Shown: piece by piece, positions 47,032-52,449 of the stretch
Position numbering within the stretch: position 1 is the stretch's first letter
Layout of the letters: the number at the start of each line of letters is the position of its first letter
NCBI GenBank assembly: GCA_002307715.1
Contig: DBUA01000035.1
Location: forward strand, 1-52,449
Direction: 5' to 3'
Origin: Candidatus Moranbacteria bacterium UBA1302
Lineage (GTDB): Bacteria; Patescibacteriota; Minisyncoccia; Moranbacterales; UBA1568
DNA length: 52,449 nt
Position numbers and translations under genes: made by a program
Notes under the pieces: generated by a model
Told to the model about the DNA's origin: nothing
The model's database searches: none
Seen by the model: only the letters and a program-made list of their open reading frames with translations

Positions 47032-48861
47032 ATGGGAACTATCGAACAGGGACCTCAGGGTGGTCGTAGTTTTGATAAAATTGAACAGGGACCTCAGGGT
47101 GGTCGTGATTTGAATAAATATGAAGAGGTATTAGGTTTCAAGAGGACAGAGTTGGAAGGTCAGACCGTGCTTGATTTGGGTGCTGGGCCAGGTGGAAGAT
47201 TCGCGAAGGAACTGTCGGCAGCCGGCGTGCATGCTCAAGTCGTGTCGCTCAGCCCCGATTATGCCAATGAGAAAAATCGGCAGCTTTTTGAGCGGACTTT
47301 GCCCGAAAAATTAAAGAGTCTTTTGCGACCCGTTAGTGAGCAACCGGGGAGGGCTGCTGTCGCAGCATGGGCGGAGTCACTTCCTTTTAAGAACGAGTCT
47401 TTTGAGAGGATCCTAGCTCTTTTTTCTGTTTCGGTGTGGTCCGAGGGCAATTATAAGCAGTGGTTACCAGAAATCATTCGCGTTCTCAAATCCGGAGGTG
47501 AAGCCCGGATAGGTCCTTTTCATCCCGCTGAATTCGATATGTATGATGGCGATCTTATGATTCAGCAACGAGAGCGGATGCATCAGTATATAGCAGCATT
47601 AGGATACGAGGTCGATTACATTCCCGGTTCCGAGGCGGGTCAAACGGTACTCGTGCTCCGAAAACAACGTAAGGATCTGGCATCGTCCCAGTCTTCCGCC
47701 GAAACTTCCCAGGAGTCTCTTCGGAGAATTATTGATCGGGTGAATATCGATGTGGAGAATCAGAGAAAACCACAACTCTCTGCTTCCGAATATTCGAGGG
47801 AGCAGTTCTCAATTCTGGAGAAAAGTTTCGATGGGTCTTTGCTTGAAGAGGGTCCATCAGTCGTCGGGGTCGTCAGATGTTGGAATAAGAAAGAGAAAGA
47901 CTTGGCTGAATTCCTTGAGAGGATCGAGAGGTTTAAACAAGGGATACCCTCCCTAAAAGGCGTACTTCTTATTATCAATAAAGACGGAGAAAAGAGTGGG
48001 AGTGTTACCGAAGAAAGCCTGAAGGCTGCTTTGGATCAGAGGAGTGTCTCGATACCCGTAGTTCCGCTTCAGGTTGAAGGGTATTCTTGGACTGCTGGAT
48101 TGAATGCTGGGGCGGCTGTGCTGAATGAGATGTGCCTGGAACGGTCGATCAGTCGGAAAGATTTGCGGGTGGCGAATTTTTCTTTCGATACAGATTTGGA
48201 TGAGGAGGGGTTGAAACAGTGCAATGCCAACATCCAGGAGAATACATTGGTTGTCACTGCCCGGAAAACATCCGATGGTCGATCGCCTTTCATAGCCGGG
48301 CATGGTGGCGGGGAGCTCTGGGAGAGATTCACAACGATGTTGCGTTCACCGAAAGCTGCGAAATTGTCGGAGCTTGCTTATACGATGCGCAATACCTTCA
48401 ATGTGATTTCGCTTCAAGATATCATTTCTATGGGTGGTTTCAACCCGCTGTGCAACGGAGATACCTTCTCTTCCAATCGTCCTGAGCCTTTCTTGCAGAT
48501 GAGACGCTCCGAAGAAGTAGCGATCGCCGGGATGGAGGATATAGAATTTTTTATGCGGTTTATCTTCCGTGCGCTCAAAAAAGGTGACATAAGCGCATTG
48601 AAAGAATTGAGGACGGCCATGGATACCCCTGTGTTTTATCGGGATACGTCCTGGGAAGATTTGCATGAACTGAAGAAGATAGATAAAATCGGCAACGAGA
48701 TGGTGGCCCTCTCGCTTATCCTCAGTGAGCTTTCCGGGAAGAAAGCTATGCCGACTCAGAATGCTGGAGAAACGAAGACAGTCGGGCTAGTGAAAGATTT
48801 CTATGTTCCACGGGTCATGCAGGATTTTGCTTTGCGCAAGGAAGACGAACAGCGTGGCTGA
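47032..48861 (+). CDS. Fusion protein: N-terminal tandem repeat + class I SAM-methyltransferase + GT-A (GT2-like) glycosyltransferase
   Basis: The repeat is IEQGPQGGR(S/D)(F/L)(D/N)K x2. The MTase motif I is VLDLGAGPGGRFAKEL, plus LKSGGEARI. The C-terminal half has VVGVVRCWNKKEKDL, WTAGLNAGAAV, FSFDTDLD and GGFNPL...GMEDIEFFMR. The start is ATG at 47032 or TTG at 47017. Confidence 0.75.
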   Translation: MGTIEQGPQGGRSFDKIEQGPQGGRDLNKYEEVLGFKRTELEGQTVLDLGAGPGGRFAKELSAAGVHAQVVSLSPDYANEKNRQLFERTLPEKLKSLLRPVSEQPGRAAVAAWAESLPFKNESFERILALFSVSVWSEGNYKQWLPEIIRVLKSGGEARIGPFHPAEFDMYDGDLMIQQRERMHQYIAALGYEVDYIPGSEAGQTVLVLRKQRKDLASSQSSAETSQESLRRIIDRVNIDVENQRKPQLSASEYSREQFSILEKSFDGSLLEEGPSVVGVVRCWNKKEKDLAEFLERIERFKQGIPSLKGVLLIINKDGEKSGSVTEESLKAALDQRSVSIPVVPLQVEGYSWTAGLNAGAAVLNEMCLERSISRKDLRVANFSFDTDLDEEGLKQCNANIQENTLVVTARKTSDGRSPFIAGHGGGELWERFTTMLRSPKAAKLSELAYTMRNTFNVISLQDIISMGGFNPLCNGDTFSSNRPEPFLQMRRSEEVAIAGMEDIEFFMRFIFRALKKGDISALKELRTAMDTPVFYRDTSWEDLHELKKIDKIGNEMVALSLILSELSGKKAMPTQNAGETKTVGLVKDFYVPRVMQDFALRKEDEQRG

Positions 48862-48892
48862 ATTTTGCACGGGATTTTTTTTGATTTTGCAC

Positions 48893-48920
48893 AAAAAGAA
48901 GTGACATGTCACTTCTTTTT
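48893..48920. terminator. Perfect 28-bp palindrome (bidirectional terminator) overlapping the recombinase stop codon
   Basis: aaaaagaagtgaca|tgtcacttcttttt. The right arm coincides with the start of repeat copy B. Confidence 0.65.
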
Positions 48921-48964
48921 TCTTTTTCCATGAAAGTTTTTATGGATTTCTTTCAGGCGTTCGT
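48908..48964. repeat. Repeat copy B (intact 3' end of the recombinase gene)
   Basis: This is the partner of 46870-46926. The two copies are direct repeats 2038 bp apart. Confidence 0.8.
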
Positions 48965-49901
48965 TGGTGATATGGGTGTAGACTTGTGTGGTAGTGATAG
49001 AGGAATGGCCGAGCATAGACTGGACGCTGCGGATGTCGGCGCCGTTGACCAGAAGATCGGTCGCGAAGGAGTGGCGGAGCGTGTGCGGATGGACGTCTTT
49101 CACGATGCCGGCTTTTTTGGCGTAGTGCTTGACGATGCGTTGGATGCTGCGAGGAGTAAGTCTCAGCGTGTCACGAGTTGAATTTTTCCGATTAGTGAGA
49201 CCTTTTTTCCCATGTGAAACGAAGAGTGCCGGGTCGATGTCGGTCCGTTTAGCGAGATACGTTTCGAGAGCTTTCTTCGCTGTGGGTGATATGAAAACGA
49301 TGCGGAGTTTCGATCCTTTGCCTCGAACGCTGAATTCTTCTTTATCGAGATTGACATGGTTCCTATCAAGACCGATAAGCTCTGAAACACGCAGACCGGA
49401 AGAGAAGAGCAGCTCGAGGATAGCGCGATCACGGAGAGTCTTTAGGGCAGAACCTTCAGTCGCAGACAGAAGCCGTTCGATCTCATCGTATTCTAAGAAG
49501 TCTACCTGCCGATCCGGTATGCGTCCGATTTCGATCTTTTCGGCTGCGAACGCTTTGACATCCTGTTTTGCGAGATATTTGAGGAATGTGCGCAGGACAA
49601 CGGCATGATAGGCTTGGCTGTTTTTCTTGAGCGTTGTACCGAAACGAGTCATTTTCCTGTTGAGATAAATACGGTATTCACGCACTTTTTCAGCATTGAT
49701 GTCTTCGGTATGGCGGATGTTTCCCCAAGCAAAAAAAGCGTTCAAGGTATGGCCATAGCTTTCGAGCGTGCGAGGAGAACGATTCATCTCGATTTCCATA
49801 TGCTCGAGAAAGCGTTTTGCCAGCATCCCGATTTCAGTAGCCGGATTTTCGAAGAAGCGTTTCATAAGTTGCTTCATAAGACGACATTGGAAGTATACCA
49901 T
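48909..49901 (-). CDS. Tyrosine recombinase (XerC/XerD/phage-integrase family)
   Basis: HPHTLRHSFATDLLVNGADIRSVQSMLGHSSITTTQVYTHI carries the R..H-x-x-R..Y catalytic signature. The N-terminus has a SAM-like core-binding domain. Confidence 0.92.
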   Translation of the reverse strand: MVYFQCRLMKQLMKRFFENPATEIGMLAKRFLEHMEIEMNRSPRTLESYGHTLNAFFAWGNIRHTEDINAEKVREYRIYLNRKMTRFGTTLKKNSQAYHAVVLRTFLKYLAKQDVKAFAAEKIEIGRIPDRQVDFLEYDEIERLLSATEGSALKTLRDRAILELLFSSGLRVSELIGLDRNHVNLDKEEFSVRGKGSKLRIVFISPTAKKALETYLAKRTDIDPALFVSHGKKGLTNRKNSTRDTLRLTPRSIQRIVKHYAKKAGIVKDVHPHTLRHSFATDLLVNGADIRSVQSMLGHSSITTTQVYTHITNERLKEIHKNFHGKRKKK

Positions 49902-50017
49902 ACCGTTTCTGGGATTTTGAATGATGATTCGGTTTGAAGATCATGATTTTCGGTGGATCTTTTTGTAGAAATATGCTTTTAATAAGCCAAAATAAGAGAT
50001 TTATAACTATTTTTTCA

Positions 50018-50046
50018 TTGACGGGCGACTGTTTCCGGGCTACACT
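50018..50046 (+). promoter_or_regulatory. Promoter of the LysM-CHAP gene
   Basis: TTGACG-17 nt-TACACT, leaving a leader of about 125 nt before the ATG at 50178. Confidence 0.5.
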
Positions 50047-50177
50047 GGTTTGGTAAAAATTAGGGCAAACTCCCATAGGCATCCTGAGACCGATAGTGCG
50101 GTAGGATTTCTTCAGAGTTTTGCTGATTGAAAGGCGAGAGTCTTATCAGTACTCAACCCTCCATCTTTTCCAGAATT

Positions 50178-51416
50178 ATGCGGCGGCATAGGTCGATAGC
50201 ATCCGACCAAACCCCCGCGTCTTTTGAGAAGACCTGTTGGTCGGATCGTTTTCGGCGGTTCCATACTCGCGTTCACCATGTCCAGTCGAAGGTTCTCCAC
50301 TTTATCAAGGAGATTTCAGGATATAGAGTCGTCCGTGTTTTCCGGAATTATTCCGCTTTTTCCATAGTGGCATCGAGCGCCCTTCTGGTATCGGCGAGCA
50401 ATTTCGCGCACGATAAGGATCCGGACAGTATGCTTTTCGGCTATGTCCATAGCGATTCTTCACAGGCGGAAGGTGTTACGAAGCGCCGTTTGGCTGCCCA
50501 AGTGAGCAAGAAAGAGAATCTTGCATTGGTTCCGCTCGCTAATGCTCCCAGTGCTGTCGATCCGGACCAGAAAGACGATGCGACACTGTATGATTTGCAA
50601 GGTGGAAATGTCCAGGATTCCATAATCCTCTCATCTCAAGCTGGCGCGCCGTCCATGTCTAAGGATCCCGAAGAGGATGGTGGTGTAAAAATCTACACTG
50701 TTGCATCGGGCGATACCATCAGCGGTATAGCCGCCAAGTTTGGTATTACGGTTAATACGATCCTCTGGGCGAATGATTTCGATAATGTCGATGAAATCAA
50801 ACCTGGTGATCAGATATTCATTCTTCCTGTCGCGGGTCTTTCTTACGTTGTGCAATCGGGAGACACTATCGACACCATCGCTACGAAATATAAAGCTGAA
50901 AAAGACAAGATCATCGCTTTCAATAGTTTGCCAGCCAATGGTGAACTTCACGTTGGTGATTCCATTATTATTCCTGATGGAAAAAAAGACATGCCGGCTC
51001 AGACAAGCGCCTCCCAGTCCGGCTTAGAGCGTCGGCAGTACGCATCTTCGACAGGTGGCGCTGCGACTGATATTTCCGGTTATCGGACATTATCTGGCAA
51101 TCCGAGTTCCGGTCATCGGTTCCCATATGGCTGGTGTACATGGTATGTAGCGCAGAAACGATATGTGCCGTGGGGAGGGAATGCTGGAACTTGGCTGTAT
51201 AATGCCAAGGCTCTTGGATACAAAACTGGTCGTAAGCCGGCTGTCGGGGCTATTATGGTAACGACAGAAAATCGTTATTATGGGCATGTCGCGCTCGTTG
51301 AGAGGGTTGATGGTGACACGATTACGGTCAGTGAAATGAATTATGTAAAATGGGGCAAGGTGGATCGTCGGACTCTTTCGGCTTCCAGCCGCGCTGTGAA
51401 AGGATTCATTTATTAG
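50178..51416 (+). CDS. Membrane-anchored LysM (x2-3) + CHAP-domain peptidoglycan hydrolase
   Basis: LysM blocks are YTVASGDTISGIAAKFGITVNTILWAN and YVVQSGDTIDTIATKYK. The CHAP block is GWCTWYVAQKR...YGHVALVERV (Cys/His). The start could be TTG at 50127 or ATG at 50178. Confidence 0.85.
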   Translation: MRRHRSIASDQTPASFEKTCWSDRFRRFHTRVHHVQSKVLHFIKEISGYRVVRVFRNYSAFSIVASSALLVSASNFAHDKDPDSMLFGYVHSDSSQAEGVTKRRLAAQVSKKENLALVPLANAPSAVDPDQKDDATLYDLQGGNVQDSIILSSQAGAPSMSKDPEEDGGVKIYTVASGDTISGIAAKFGITVNTILWANDFDNVDEIKPGDQIFILPVAGLSYVVQSGDTIDTIATKYKAEKDKIIAFNSLPANGELHVGDSIIIPDGKKDMPAQTSASQSGLERRQYASSTGGAATDISGYRTLSGNPSSGHRFPYGWCTWYVAQKRYVPWGGNAGTWLYNAKALGYKTGRKPAVGAIMVTTENRYYGHVALVERVDGDTITVSEMNYVKWGKVDRRTLSASSRAVKGFIY

Positions 51417-51541
51417 TCTTGTCGTATCAACGCATCGGACTTTACAGATGCTGATGAGCGTGCTATACCCGGTGAGGAAGTGAATGACTTCCGGTGGTAT
51501 CTTTTTTTGTCCAGCTCTTTTATTATTTATGGAGATTCGTC

Positions 51542-51676
51542 ATGGGGAAAGCTCTGGTTGTTTTTGGCGCCGTGGTCGTGTTCGCTTTGGGCGCTTTCGG
51601 CGTTTACAAGGGTTTGGTGGCCGATAGTGTGTCGGCAACTGTTTCCACCCCGGCTGCTTCTGTGCCAGCCAACTAA
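51542..51676 (+). CDS. Small single-TM protein (44 aa)
   Basis: GGAGA lies 6 nt before the ATG. The product starts MGKALVVFGAVVVFALGAFGVYKG.., and a strong terminator follows. Confidence 0.55.
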   Translation: MGKALVVFGAVVVFALGAFGVYKGLVADSVSATVSTPAASVPAN

Positions 51677-51699
51677 TAACGAGGAGACTTTTTTGTACG

Positions 51700-51730
51700 C
51701 CCAACCGATCATGTAACGGTTGGGTTTTTT
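51700..51730 (+). terminator. Rho-independent terminator
   Basis: Hairpin cccaaccg/cggttggg followed by T6. Confidence 0.7.
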
Positions 51731-51760
51731 CTTTTTTAAAGCCATTTTTCTGGAAATTAC

Positions 51761-51789
51761 TTGACTAAATATTAAGTCTATGCTATACT
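51761..51789 (+). promoter_or_regulatory. Promoter of the 51838 small gene
   Basis: TTGACT-17 nt-TATACT. Confidence 0.55.
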
Positions 51790-51837
51790 CGCAATAGAAG
51801 TTGATACTTTTACAATCTTTTTCCCAAGGAGGGAATC

Positions 51838-52041
51838 ATGAAAACACCGGAAGAGAAGGAACGCGCCAAGGCTGCGAATGCCAAGGCAGCAAAGGTTATC
51901 GTCCTGATTCTCCTGGTCCTGGCCGTTGTCATCACCGGGGTCAGGATGTTGGCGGGCGTAAGCATCAATCCTTTCAAGGAACGTTGTACGGAGTACAACG
52001 TGGGCAGTATGGAAAGTTGTCCACGTCCGTTCGAAAAATGA
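51838..52041 (+). CDS. Small single-TM protein (67 aa)
   Basis: AAGGAGGG lies 5 nt before the ATG. The N-terminus is Lys/Ala-rich, the TM segment is VIVLILLVLAVVITGV, and the C-terminus has 2 Cys. Confidence 0.6.
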   Translation: MKTPEEKERAKAANAKAAKVIVLILLVLAVVITGVRMLAGVSINPFKERCTEYNVGSMESCPRPFEK

Positions 52042-52062
52042 GCTCGAAGCAGAGTTCTCAAG

Positions 52063-52100
52063 AAGCCTTGTGCGTAAAACGTGCAGGGCTTTTTCTTTTT
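52063..52100 (+). terminator. Probable terminator
   Basis: Hairpin aagccttg/cagggctt with a 13-nt loop, followed by a T-rich run. Confidence 0.45.
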
Positions 52101-52311
52101 TCCTAAATTCGCAAAGAGTCCTATTTTTTATTGATGCATGGTATCTAGTCTTTTCATATGCAACAAGAGAGAATATGTGGTATATTATGGAAGAGAATAT
52201 ATCGGGGTTTCACCGCACGTTCGATTTTTTGATTTTCCGTTCTAGCATTTGGAGTAAGAACTGAAAGCATGTCAGTTTTTGGTATCGTTTGAAGAAAAAA
52301 GATTCTTCCCT

Positions 52312-52449
52312 ATGGATGTTAATACGCTAAATACCATACTCAATCCGGTGGGCACGCTCGCGAGCAGTGTTGTTTCTGGTGTGGCGGGCAATATCGTGAT
52401 ATACGCGTTCAAGTTCTTGATATACTGCGTGTTCGTGTTGCTCGGATGG
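52312..52449 (+). CDS. 5' part of a membrane protein gene running off the window
   Basis: The ATG at 52312 opens a frame to the window end (MDVNTLNTILNPVGTLASSVVSGVAGNIVIYAFKFLIYCVFVLLGW). Confidence 0.4.
   Translation, partial: MDVNTLNTILNPVGTLASSVVSGVAGNIVIYAFKFLIYCVFVLLGW

Overview
This is a 52.4-kb, gene-dense bacterial chromosomal segment. It uses the standard genetic code, since TAA, TAG and TGA all act as stops. I call about 47 CDS and 10 tRNAs in three groups. There is no rRNA and no CRISPR array.

Housekeeping content includes the FtsH C-terminus, RbfA, L19, the L34-RnpA-YidC-Jag operon, GyrA, IspG, S15/PNPase, KsgA, PcrA, class Ia RNR, AhpC and SOD.

The window also holds many secreted or TM proteins with S/T-rich linkers, a T4SS-pilin-like double-TM protein, four small peptidoglycan-hydrolase-type proteins and a Wzx/GT2/O-antigen-ligase-like glycan cluster. 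This style fits a reduced-genome Patescibacteria/CPR-type organism, but that lineage call is inference only.

Many intergenic regions carry near-consensus sigma70-type promoters and clean rho-independent terminators.

The regions most worth a second look are:
1. 37.11-37.75 kb: a ~610-nt unit running from a perfect TTGACC-17-TATAAT promoter to a terminator. It has no credible ORF and holds many nested helices, two of them GNRA-capped, joined by A-rich linkers. I read it as a candidate large structured ncRNA that I cannot place in any family.
2. 46.4-49.9 kb: an accessory hotspot. It contains a visibly G+C-rich C-terminal fragment of a NadV/NAMPT gene. A ~57-bp duplicate of the 3' end of the neighbouring tyrosine recombinase gene brackets a 2-kb cassette. 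The cassette encodes a methyltransferase-glycosyltransferase fusion with an N-terminal tandem repeat.
3. 3.2-3.7 kb: a 490-bp AT-rich divergent promoter region with five copies of the 16-bp palindrome TGTTCCACGTGGAACA, inside a perfect 83-bp direct repeat.
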